A stretch of DNA of 64,000 nucleotides from Oopsacas minuta (Eukaryota > Animalia > Porifera). Each line of letters opens with the position of its first letter. Within the stretch, counting starts at the first letter, position 1. The translations under genes were made by a program, and so were the position numbers. Below, piece by piece: positions 54,201-64,000 of this stretch. Where the stretch lies: positions 822,619-886,618 of the forward strand of contig JAKMXF010000111.1 in the NCBI GenBank assembly GCA_024704765.1, in the 5' to 3' direction. The notes under the pieces were generated by a model. The model saw nothing but the letters and a program-made list of their open reading frames with translations. It did no database searches and was not told the origin of the DNA.

Positions 54201-56417
54201 CTAGTAACAAACCACAACACTAGCATCTAGAGATCCTGAAATAACACAAGCCTCTCCTGGCCCTGTGATGAGAGCAGAAATACAACCAATGTGTGATTGA
54301 AGTATCTTAATTGTCTGGAATGTGTTCTTGTTAACCACATGGATACTCTGATTGTAGGTTCCTAGGGTGTAAGATATATTATTTATACACGATAAATCTA
54401 GTTATATTCTCCACTTAGAATAATCATTTCATTATTACCTACGAAGAGACATTCTTCAATTGATGTTATAGAGAAGATAGTTCCTAATTTCTTGGATTCA
54501 AATTTGCCTCCTAAGTGAAATGGGCTTGTGGTACTCCATCCATGTACAGAGTTATGTGCTCCACTGTACAGTATATTCTATGTAAACCAAATTAAATGAT
54601 AATAACTACCAATATACTCTCAAATACAGTACTCACCTGACATGAGTCATAATGCAATGCTCTGACATTGTGAGAGAGACCTGATATAGTGTGTTCGAAT
54701 GATATTTGAAACTTTTCTATATTCCATACCTGCGAGAATTATGCATCATCAATCTGAATAAATTCTAATAATTACATATACTACCAACCTTAATGCACTC
54801 TAGAGAAGATGTAAACAGATAATTGTCCACTATGCTCATCGCGAAAATTCCACCTCTATGTGCTTCCTAAGTGTAAATTTATGAATTATGTCCTAAATCA
54901 ATTGTAGATAATATTTATTATACTTACTTCTTGTAAACTAACTATCTTCATAGTGCTTAAATCGACCAAAAATATAGAACAAGCTTCGTTCGCTACGAAT
55001 AACAATTCTTGTGAGAGAGCCATACATGATATCTAATGTAAATATTATTCTGTAATTCAGTAGCATATAATAACCTCAGGTTGTAACTCACAGGATCTGA
55101 TGTGAATGTAGCGTGCATTACACACTTGAGTACTGTTGTGTCCCAAACTCTTATCTCTCCACTCGAGCTCCCGCTCATCAAATGGTTTTGATGGCTTACC
55201 AAACAAGTGACGGATGTGTCATGTCCACTGTATTCAATAAGATAAACAACAGGAAATATATAATACATAATAAATTCAATTTACCTAAATGTTCCTATAC
55301 AAGTGAAGCATGGTTTCTCCCATGGCTCTTCGACTACATTCTCTGGTTTTGATTTGCTCCTACTTGGCCGTCTCCTCAAACTCACTGTCTCTTCTACATG
55401 ACTCAATCTTCTGCTAAGTTCATCGAACCCTCTAAACGTGAGTAGCATGAATTCAAGGATACAGAACAGATTAATTAACATTAATATTAATAAACGCTCT
55501 AATGGCGGTCTATACATGCTCCTAGACTAAATTGGTTCTATCAATTTCCAGCGAAATCTTATAAAATTCAATTTGTACTTCTAGCCAGATTTTTAGAAAC
55601 TACCAGGAGAATACATTGGCTAATTACGTGTTTCTGAATGAGTTAAGCTCCGTACTGTTGATGGTTATGTACGAGTCTGCTCATGTCCTGATGCATTTGA
55701 ACTATTTTATCATTCAGTTCTTTCAACAGTTGTATCTGATTGAAATCATTCTCAGATGTTATATGCTTGTGCGTATTCCTGCTCACCTCTTCACGAATAG
55801 TCTCTACAATCGATAGTGTTTTATTCTGTTGTGACATGATTGAGTTGAGCTATATTATGATAAACTGATAATACAGAAATTTAGCATATGGGGAGATACG
55901 GTATATCCAAGTTACCTCAAATTTGATTTCAGCAATCTCCGTTTCTTCTGGAACTTGCAATGTTGGATATATTATCTTTGTTTTAGGAGGAATTGCACTA
56001 AATGTAATACATTGAATAGCTTGCTCATAGTGTTCATATAAAATAATGCGCACATCATTACCTAAATATTCTGTCAGGTTCAAATTCATTAGATTTTAAG
56101 CTACAGAACCTTCCTCCCATACTCTGGTCTAATTTACTCGGAGAGGTCAGAGACTCAAAACTAGCGTTACTTATAAAAGTTGGTTGGTATAGCACACTCA
56201 TCCTGTGATTGGGTACCTCTTCTTCGTCATTTATTTGACAGGTCATTATTTGATGCTCATTTAGGGAATTACCCAGGAAGCCTCTACCGTAACCAGCGAT
56301 ACTATCAGTTATAAGATTGGGGAAATCTCTAAAATTGTAGATCTGGACTTCTTGAAGACCTCCAGTGCCATTACTCATATATTCAGGTTCAGGATCAGTA
56401 TGCTTGTTGCTTGACAT
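54201..56417 (-). CDS. Coiled-coil plus WD40-repeat protein, multi-exon
   Basis: WD40 repeats GHDTSVTCLVSHQNHLMSGSSSGEIRVWD and HIGCISALIT...SGSLDASV; coiled-coil exon at 55643-55837; stop TAG 54203-54201. Exon joins only partly resolved. Confidence 0.6.
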
Positions 56418-56805
56418 TTAGCCTAGTACATAAAGTCTTGTGATATATTAAAAAATAGCTATTCTGATGGGTAAGATAGTTTGAGTATACAACTCAAAAT
56501 ACACAATAATGCATTTACCATCGTATATACCTTTCGATAAACAAGAATCGAATAAAGTATTAGTTACACTAGACATACTGGTAGGTAAGTACAAATTGAT
56601 TAATTATTGTAAATCGTTAATAATTATAATTAATCAACTGTAAGGACTTAATCCTTGAGCGGGATATTGATAAATTCTGGGCCACAATACTGCTAGTGTT
56701 ATACAGCCGGCGGGGTCTTATCGCTTATCACTGACAAATTAAGAGTAATGACCCACGTCAAGACAGTCCTGTCTAGGTATATTTTCATTTTGTTCCGTAA
56801 TATTC

Positions 56806-58845
56806 ATGTTTGATATGTTCGTTTGCATCTGTTGTGTAATTAGAAGTTGTAATGAGATGGAGACATTGCTATTCTCTCCCTGGCTAAAGTGTATATTTTG
56901 TTGGACTACTTTAGTGTATCTCAATTCGTTACGAAATAACTTTGTTTTCGATGACAGAGAAGCAATCCTGACAAACTCTGACATCATCCACAACAGGCCC
57001 ATCAGTAACATATTTATCAACGACTTCTGGGGTGTTCCTATGTCTCATCCTGAGTCTCATAAATCCTACCGTCCTCTCACCATACTAACTTTTAGAATAC
57101 AATTTGACACACACGGTCTGTCTCCAGTAGCTTTCCACTTAGTGAATATATTACTTCATTCTATCCTAGTGCTTCTCTTCACAGTCTTATGTTCCCTCAT
57201 AACTAAATCCCAATCTGTTGGCTTAATAGCCGGTCTGTTGTTTGGTGTACATCCGATACATACTGAAGCTGTGACAGGTATAGTAGGGAGAGCTGAAATA
57301 CTCTCTGGTCTCTTCTATATTACGAGTTTCCTCAGCTACCTCAAAACTGAGAGCTCTCATGTCCCTGTGGTTATGGGATGGGTTTATTTATTGCTCTCGA
57401 TAATATCTGTGTTCCTTAGTATGCTATGTAAGGAACAGGGGATCACTATACTTGGTTTGTTTCTTATTGATCAGTTATTGACACTGATGCGTGAGCGTTT
57501 TCTTACTTATCGTAACGCTCAGAGTCAAGGCTTTGTCAAGAGATTCAAATACATTATTACGATTCTATTGAGTGGGTTAATAATGTGTTACTGGCGTGTG
57601 TTCTATATTGGAGGGGGTGTACAGCCTAAATTCAAAGACTCAGATAATCCTACTGCATTCTCAAACAGTTCTCTCACTCGTACACTTACATATGCATATC
57701 TGGGCTCTCTTAACCTCTGGTTACTCCTATGTCCGTATTGGCTGTGTAGTGACTGGTCTATGGGTTCTATTGAACTGTTACACTCAATAACAGATGTTAG
57801 GGTAATGGGATTAATTGCTGCTATCTTGTTCATAGGTACAATCACCCTCTATTCACTTGTACGGGTTTATTTCTATAATGACAACATCACGCTATTATCT
57901 CTTCTCCTTATGTTACTGCCATACCTGCCTGCTTCTAATATGCTATTCCCAGTCGGATTCGTAATCGCAGAGAGGATATTATATCTGCCAAGTATGGGAT
58001 TCCATATTTTGGTTAGTATTGGATTCACTCGAATACTTAGATACTACAAGAATAAATATTTGAGGATTAGTATATACATTTTCTTATTGCAATTGGTTCT
58101 CCTACACTCAGTACAAACTATTCGTAGAAACAGTGAATGGTATTCTGAAGAAACGCTTGCCTTGTCTGGCATACGTATAAACCCAACCAATGCAAAACTA
58201 TTTCTGTCTGTCGGTAACGACTTCGCTCAGAAAGGAATGACTATTTGTGAAAAGTACTATAGAAAAGCATTAGAATTGAGACCCAACTACGAAGCTGCAT
58301 GGTCTAACATAGGATTTATACTATTTAATATGAACCGTTCTCAAGAAGCAGAGCATGCTTACTTGCAAGCAATAGGAATTAAAAGGGACCATGTGGATGC
58401 TAATATAAACTATGGTCACTTTCTTCGTATAAAAGAGCGCTGGTCAGAAGCTGCAGAGAAGTATCAAACAGTTTTGAATAGAAGGCCTGGTTATGGAATT
58501 ATAAGATATTACCAGGGTTTAGTACAGCTCAAATTGGGGAATATTTCGGGAGCTGAACAAGAATTTAGATTGTCGAATCAACTGCAACCCAATCACGTTC
58601 CTACTCTCATTTCATTAGGAGAGATATTAGTTAACTATACAACCACCGGAGAGAGAGTTAGTATAAAGAGGGTCAGACCTTCTCGGTTAAAAGAAGCATC
58701 TGTTATATTTATCAGGGCTATTGATATTGATCCTTCACAAGGTGATAAATATTGTAGTTTATTGGTACAGCTGATTAAGAATGAATCTCTACATACTACA
58801 CTCCCTAAGTCATGTAGGGAGAGAGTTACTAGTTCTGCAGGCTAA
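56806..58845 (+). CDS. TMTC-family protein O-mannosyltransferase with TPR repeats, intronless
   Basis: FVFDD..AI..N, NDFWG..M....SHKSYRPLT, CKEQGIT, GFVIAERILYLPS, C-terminal TPRs. True start is probably the downstream METLL. Confidence 0.92.
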   Translation: MFDMFVCICCVIRSCNEMETLLFSPWLKCIFCWTTLVYLNSLRNNFVFDDREAILTNSDIIHNRPISNIFINDFWGVPMSHPESHKSYRPLTILTFRIQFDTHGLSPVAFHLVNILLHSILVLLFTVLCSLITKSQSVGLIAGLLFGVHPIHTEAVTGIVGRAEILSGLFYITSFLSYLKTESSHVPVVMGWVYLLLSIISVFLSMLCKEQGITILGLFLIDQLLTLMRERFLTYRNAQSQGFVKRFKYIITILLSGLIMCYWRVFYIGGGVQPKFKDSDNPTAFSNSSLTRTLTYAYLGSLNLWLLLCPYWLCSDWSMGSIELLHSITDVRVMGLIAAILFIGTITLYSLVRVYFYNDNITLLSLLLMLLPYLPASNMLFPVGFVIAERILYLPSMGFHILVSIGFTRILRYYKNKYLRISIYIFLLQLVLLHSVQTIRRNSEWYSEETLALSGIRINPTNAKLFLSVGNDFAQKGMTICEKYYRKALELRPNYEAAWSNIGFILFNMNRSQEAEHAYLQAIGIKRDHVDANINYGHFLRIKERWSEAAEKYQTVLNRRPGYGIIRYYQGLVQLKLGNISGAEQEFRLSNQLQPNHVPTLISLGEILVNYTTTGERVSIKRVRPSRLKEASVIFIRAIDIDPSQGDKYCSLLVQLIKNESLHTTLPKSCRERVTSSAG

Positions 58846-59605
58846 TATTATGCAAGGTATGTTCTCTGTACTCTGTAGTATTCACTCGACTATTTTTTAC
58901 CAATCCAATGAATTATCATATTTTAGTTTACTTCAGTGTACGTGCATGCGTAGCCATTCTAATTATACTTATTACACATTCATACACATCTTATGGTCAA
59001 GATAACATAGCTTGCAAGATCCATATTCCACTATGTGTCAAAAACCAAATACCGACTCTTACCGAACTTGATCTAAAAACAAACTAGTGCATTTTACTAG
59101 CTCTTCCAGATATTGCATATATGCATTCCATTGAGTGACATGACATAGTTGAGCAACATTATTAATTTATTAAAAGTGGAGTTCGCCGCACCTGGTAATA
59201 GTCCCTGGGAATAATTGTTATTCTATTATTAGCAATCATCGATTATTCACCATCTTTAATATATATTGATAATTTGATACGATAGATTAATATTAAGTCC
59301 ATATTATACAGCTGCTTCTAAATTTAGAAATAATGATTTGATTATTACGTATGTTATCTGCAGAGATTCTCCGTATTTATACGTGTATGTGTCGTCCTGT
59401 ATAAAGCATTTACTTACCTACATTGATTGCTTATGTATGCATGCTACGTACTGGCAAATCAAGTTGCGGTTCAGTTTTCGCAAAATAATAATTGATGAAG
59501 TTGCAAAACTCTTTACATATATGTATTTCTATATTTCCTGCTCAACACATTTTCAATCACTCTTATTACGGTATATTTAGCTAATTACACTAGGCCAATA
59601 TAAAC

Positions 59606-61606
59606 ATGAGTCAACAACCATCACAATGGGGCCAGCAGCCTCACTCCCACCCTACTCCTAACCAACTAGCTGATAACTTACAAACATTCAATATGAACGC
59701 TCCTGAATTCACACCTGCTAATTTCGGTCTACCTGGTTCTTACTACCCTCAACAGAACCAGTATTGGAACCAACAGCAATATCGATTCAGTGGTTACTAC
59801 CCTTCTGGAGGGGGAGCTATGAATCCTTATGGATATCCTCCTAGTGCTGTTTATCAGGAACAGCAGGCACCTCCCAGATTCTCTAACCAGCATATGTCTA
59901 ATGCTTCATCACTCAATCAGGCTCCTGGCGGAGATTTGCACCAGCAGCCGGTTAGTCATGTAGTTATGAACAATACTCACTATCAAGCACCAGTTGAACC
60001 ACCAGCTCAGCTATTAAAACAGAAAGTTCCTGATTCTTGGGAAGCTGATTATACTGTAGAGTCATATCAACCAGCTGCTACAAATGTCATCCCTCCTTCT
60101 CCGGTTACTGAACCAAACCCTGTGAAAGCAGAGATACATATGGCTCCACCACCTCCCCAAAATAATGAGCCCAAACCTGTTCCTTCTCACATAGAAGCAA
60201 AACCAAAGAAAACACGAAAAGAACGAGATGACCAAGAAGTAAGACAGAAACCTCAAAGCAAATACACAGCATCTAAATTCCCTAAAGTTAAGCCAAGCAT
60301 AAAAGAGACTGATTCTAAGGAGAACGTTAATATCCTATTTATAGGACACGTAGATGCTGGTAAATCCACAATAGGGGGTCACCTTATGTATCTTACTGGA
60401 ATGGTAGATAAACGTACGTTAGAGAAGTATGAGAAGGAAGCGAAGGAGATCAGTAGGGAATCATGGGCATTCTCCTGGTCTCTGGACACAGACCAGAACG
60501 AGAGAGATAAGGGTAAAACGGTAGACGTAGGTAGAGCTGGTTTTGAAACTGATAAGAAACGATTCACTATCTTAGATGCTCCAGGACACGCTGGATTTGT
60601 TCCTAACATGATTACAGGGTCTGCACAGGCTGATATAGCTATTCTAGTGATTTCAGCTAAGAGAGGTGAATTTGAAGCTGGATTCGAGAAGAAAGGTCAA
60701 ACACGAGAACATGCTATCCTAGTTAAAACAGCTGGGATTAAACACATTGTAGTACTGGTGAATAAGATGGATGATATCACTGTATTATGGGAGAGAGATC
60801 GGTTTGATGAGATCCGTGAGAAATTAACTCCATTCCTCAAGAAAGTAGGCTACAGTCCTAAATCAGACATCATGTATATTCCTGTATCAGGTCTCGGTGG
60901 AGCTAATCTTAAAACAAACACAGGAGAATGCCCTTTCTATAAGGGCCCTGGGTTTATCGAGTACCTTGATTCACTACCCCCAGTAGCTCGCCTATTCGAG
61001 GGACCCTTTCGTCTCCCTATAGTCGACAAGATGAAAGACATGGGTACTGTAGTCCTGGGTAAGATAGAGTCTGGGTCTGTTACAGCAGGCCAGCAAATGA
61101 TGATGATGCCTAACAAGACGATCGTAGACGTTATGCACATTCTGTTTGAGAACGATGAGATGATGCCTAGAGGAGAATGTGGAGATAATGTACGATTACG
61201 TTTGAAAGGTATAGAGGAGGAAGATATACTTCCTGGATTCTTGTTGTGTGAACTATCTAGTATGTGTATGACTACTTGTCTGTTTGATGTTCAGATTGTT
61301 ATTCTAGACTACAAGAATATTATATGTGCTGGATACAATGCAGTCATGCATGTACATGCATGTGTAGAGGAAGTACAAGTTGTAGAACTGATGTATATGA
61401 TAGACAGGAAGACTGGAGATAGAAGCAAGAGGAAGCCGAGATTCGCACGAACTGATGACGTAGTTATTTGCCGTCTACAGTCCAGCGGTCCCATATGTAT
61501 CGAGACATTCAAAGACTTTCCACAAATGGGTCGTTTCACATTGAGGGACGAAGGCAAGACTGTTGCTGTTGGGAAGATTCTAAGAATTCCTCAAGTGGAA
61601 AAATAA
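59606..61606 (+). CDS. GSPT1: Peptide chain release factor eRF3 (Sup35 homolog), intronless
   Basis: GHVDAGKSTIGG, LDAPGH, NKMDD, FPQMGRFTLRDEGKTVAVGK; PAM2-like FNMNAPEFTP in the N-domain. Confidence 0.96.
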   Translation: MSQQPSQWGQQPHSHPTPNQLADNLQTFNMNAPEFTPANFGLPGSYYPQQNQYWNQQQYRFSGYYPSGGGAMNPYGYPPSAVYQEQQAPPRFSNQHMSNASSLNQAPGGDLHQQPVSHVVMNNTHYQAPVEPPAQLLKQKVPDSWEADYTVESYQPAATNVIPPSPVTEPNPVKAEIHMAPPPPQNNEPKPVPSHIEAKPKKTRKERDDQEVRQKPQSKYTASKFPKVKPSIKETDSKENVNILFIGHVDAGKSTIGGHLMYLTGMVDKRTLEKYEKEAKEISRESWAFSWSLDTDQNERDKGKTVDVGRAGFETDKKRFTILDAPGHAGFVPNMITGSAQADIAILVISAKRGEFEAGFEKKGQTREHAILVKTAGIKHIVVLVNKMDDITVLWERDRFDEIREKLTPFLKKVGYSPKSDIMYIPVSGLGGANLKTNTGECPFYKGPGFIEYLDSLPPVARLFEGPFRLPIVDKMKDMGTVVLGKIESGSVTAGQQMMMMPNKTIVDVMHILFENDEMMPRGECGDNVRLRLKGIEEEDILPGFLLCELSSMCMTTCLFDVQIVILDYKNIICAGYNAVMHVHACVEEVQVVELMYMIDRKTGDRSKRKPRFARTDDVVICRLQSSGPICIETFKDFPQMGRFTLRDEGKTVAVGKILRIPQVEK

Positions 61607-61840
61607 GAGCTTAGGAAAATTGGGTTGGAAAGACCCTTCCACTAGCCATGTTGTTTATGGCTAGTTGGATTTGATAGTTCAATTACTCTATAAGTATGGT
61701 CTTGTAATGCATTGCAATTGTAGGCTAAGTACTTACCCTGTTGTTCTTATTGATAGAGCTTGAGATTTTCTAGTTATTCTAATCAATGAATTATATTTAA
61801 TTTATTGTGCTTATTTAGTTTGTTTTCTAATTTTAGCATT

Positions 61841-61938
61841 CAGTGTAACCTCCACAAACAGGGTGCCATGGACGCCGAAAAATGCTACCCTGATTTCCCC
61901 TGTTTCTGCGAAATTCCACGTTTGTGGAGGTTTAACTG
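61841..61938. mobile_element. 98-bp Tigger/mariner-like MITE
   Basis: CAGTGTAACCTCCACAAAC / GTTTGTGGAGGTTTAACTG inverted termini (2 mismatches in 19), TA on the right flank. Confidence 0.6.
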
Positions 61939-62068
61939 TAGTATTCAGTTCCATCAGCTGTCCACCTACGTGTTCCCCTCATAACTACATTATAATATTA
62001 TAGACATCTTTGAATACACACCAGAGTTATATAAATTATAGTAATTCAAAACCGATCTAAATCTTCAG

Positions 62069-62638
62069 TTACGATTGTGGGCTGTCTGAGAAGTCTGGAT
62101 AGAGTGTACTATAGTCGGGAGGTAGATCTTGTAGATCTTCAGTAGCACATTGAGCAACTCTATCAATTTTAGGAACAGCCACTTGATTGACTTTTTCAAC
62201 ATTTGTAATTACCCCTTGATTGATCTCCGTATTCGTAATTACCCCCTGATCCTTTCTTGGGGTAAACTCTTTCACTCGTGGTATATCAGAACCTATGATC
62301 TTATCCTTCCTGCTGTAGAACTGCTTCACCTCTGAATAGCTATCTTGTTTTATTTTCGCTTCAGTAAGTGGGCGGTGTTGGGAATAATATACGTGTTTAT
62401 TATCTCTCTTCTTTTCAGGATCCATTTTTCCTGCTCCTCCGTAAAAAGTTGTGATAGGATCTGGTTTGCTTTTCAATTCATCTTCATAGTATTTCTTGTC
62501 ATTTTGTGAAATATTCCCAGCCTCTGCTTGAAGTGATGGCTCTTTTGATTTTGATTCCTTTTTATAAGATTTCATTCCAAACATATTACAAAATTGTAGT
62601 AAACTATAAAATATTTCTCTTTTATACAATCTACGCAT
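62069..62638 (-). CDS. Hypothetical hydrophilic protein with short internal repeat and C-terminal PPxY motif
   Basis: 189-aa ORF; QGVITN repeated; LPPDYSTLYP near the C-terminus. No family recognised. Confidence 0.45.
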   Translation of the reverse strand: MRRLYKREIFYSLLQFCNMFGMKSYKKESKSKEPSLQAEAGNISQNDKKYYEDELKSKPDPITTFYGGAGKMDPEKKRDNKHVYYSQHRPLTEAKIKQDSYSEVKQFYSRKDKIIGSDIPRVKEFTPRKDQGVITNTEINQGVITNVEKVNQVAVPKIDRVAQCATEDLQDLPPDYSTLYPDFSDSPQS

Positions 62639-62696
62639 ATCAATGATTGAATCAGTTTTTACCTTATCACTCGTGATCTCATATGTAGAGTAAATA

Positions 62697-64000
62697 ATGG
62701 AACATCGTCACAAGCCTGGGCCTCTCAAGCAGCAGAACAAACCACATAAGCTTGGTAAGCACCAGACAAAAGCTGGTCTGTCTAAGAGGGGAAGACCAAT
62801 CCGTATTCCTAGCACTAGCTCACTGAGAACAGACGTCACTCTTGGTAGGAAGGAGAGAAGGAACCGAGCTAATCAGATCAGGAAGAGCAAACGAGAACAG
62901 ATTATTTTTGAGAAGCGAGCACGAGGACTGTCAGGTACCCCACCCCATTCATTGTTACTCGTTCCTATGACACGTCACATCAACCTGACAGAGATACGTA
63001 CTCTATTACAGCCAGCTTCTACTGACTCTACTGCTACTACATTCTATTGTCCTCGTATAAAACAACGATTCACTCTATGCTCTGCTCCTTATGGAGAACT
63101 ATACACTCTACTCGATCTAGCTAAAGTATGTGATTCTATATTATTCCTGTTCTCAGTGGAAGATTCCATCAGCGAGTGGGCGGAGGAGGTGATAAGTGTT
63201 CTAATGGCTCAGGGTCTCCCCACCCCCCTACACGCAGTCACAGGACTACAGAGTGTTCCCTCTAAGGATAGAGCACAGACTCGTAGTGCAGTTAGCTCAG
63301 TAGTTACTCACCTCCTGCCTATTGATTCGAAACTGTTTAGTCTTGATACAGAGACAGAAGCATTCAATTTACTGAGATCTGTCTCTGAACAGAAGAGAAG
63401 ATCTCTCGGCTACAGAGATAATCATCCTTATATCTTGTGTGAAGAATCAGTTTATGATTCTAATTCTCTAACTCTTTCTCTAAGCGGGTATCTCAGAGGA
63501 AAGCCTCTCTCTCCTAACCAAATAGTACATCTACCAGGGATAGGTGACTTCCAGATATCTCTGATTGAGACACAATCTGATCCTTGTCCATTCAGAGGCA
63601 GTAGACATGGAGGGATGGAAATTGATACCAATAAGGTCAGACTAATCCCTGACCAGACTCTACAAGAATCTCTGATAACGGAAGCAGAAGTAGACCCTAT
63701 GGAAGGAGAGCAGACGTGGCCCAGTAAGGAAGAGTTGAAGTCCTCCTTGAAGAAGAATCCATCTTCTTGGATAGCAGATCCTACTCCAGGAGAAGACAGC
63801 ACTGAGAGTGAATCAGATGGAGAGAGGCCCGAACAAATATCGGGTAGTGACTCAGAGGATCATCTCTCTATTGGCAGTGAAAGAGAATCTGATTCTGCTA
63901 TTACAGAGACAGTATCTATGGATACGAATGATTACGATAAGACTTGTGATCCGAGAGAGGAGAAAGAACAGCTGGAGAGGATCAGAGCACAGGGAGAAGA
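62697..64000 (+). CDS. TSR1: Pre-rRNA-processing protein TSR1 (5' part, runs off the window)
   Basis: MEHRHKPGPLKQQNKPHK N-terminus, RKERRNRANQIRKSK, LDLAKVCDS, VHLPGIGDFQI, PDPMEGEQTWP-like motif; frame reads open to the window end where followed. Confidence 0.9.
   Translation, partial: MEHRHKPGPLKQQNKPHKLGKHQTKAGLSKRGRPIRIPSTSSLRTDVTLGRKERRNRANQIRKSKREQIIFEKRARGLSGTPPHSLLLVPMTRHINLTEIRTLLQPASTDSTATTFYCPRIKQRFTLCSAPYGELYTLLDLAKVCDSILFLFSVEDSISEWAEEVISVLMAQGLPTPLHAVTGLQSVPSKDRAQTRSAVSSVVTHLLPIDSKLFSLDTETEAFNLLRSVSEQKRRSLGYRDNHPYILCEESVYDSNSLTLSLSGYLRGKPLSPNQIVHLPGIGDFQISLIETQSDPCPFRGSRHGGMEIDTNKVRLIPDQTLQESLITEAEVDPMEGEQTWPSKEELKSSLKKNPSSWIADPTPGEDSTESESDGERPEQISGSDSEDHLSIGSERESDSAITETVSMDTNDYDKTCDPREEKEQLERIRAQGE

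Noticed and set aside
63452-63802. 116-aa ORF on -
   Set aside because: Antisense shadow of TSR1.

Overview
AT-rich, gene-dense eukaryotic (animal) DNA with short GT-AG introns and many intronless genes. The compact style resembles a glass sponge (Hexactinellida) genome; this is inference, not verified. Left to right: a BTB-BACK-kelch gene whose last 3.8-kb intron holds two apparently identical inverted copies of an MFS sugar-transporter gene around transposon debris; a selenocysteine (UGA) MsrA gene with two tandem SECIS-like hairpins; a calmodulin-like gene; a ZMAT5-like gene; an ankyrin-TRP channel; two paralogous ~80-aa orphan microproteins, one nested in a Ran intron; Ran; Smaug/SAMD4; a giantin-like golgin; kinesin-8; an NHL-repeat gene with a deleted remnant; SPATS2, GID8, MLYCD, GST-omega, AMFR, abLIM; an Mpr1-like GNAT; a WD40 gene; TMTC; eRF3; an orphan ORF; and the 5' part of TSR1. 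Most start codons have a YAG acceptor-like site 0-12 nt upstream, suggesting spliced-leader trans-splicing or 5'UTR introns. Gene identities come from recalled family motifs, not database searches.
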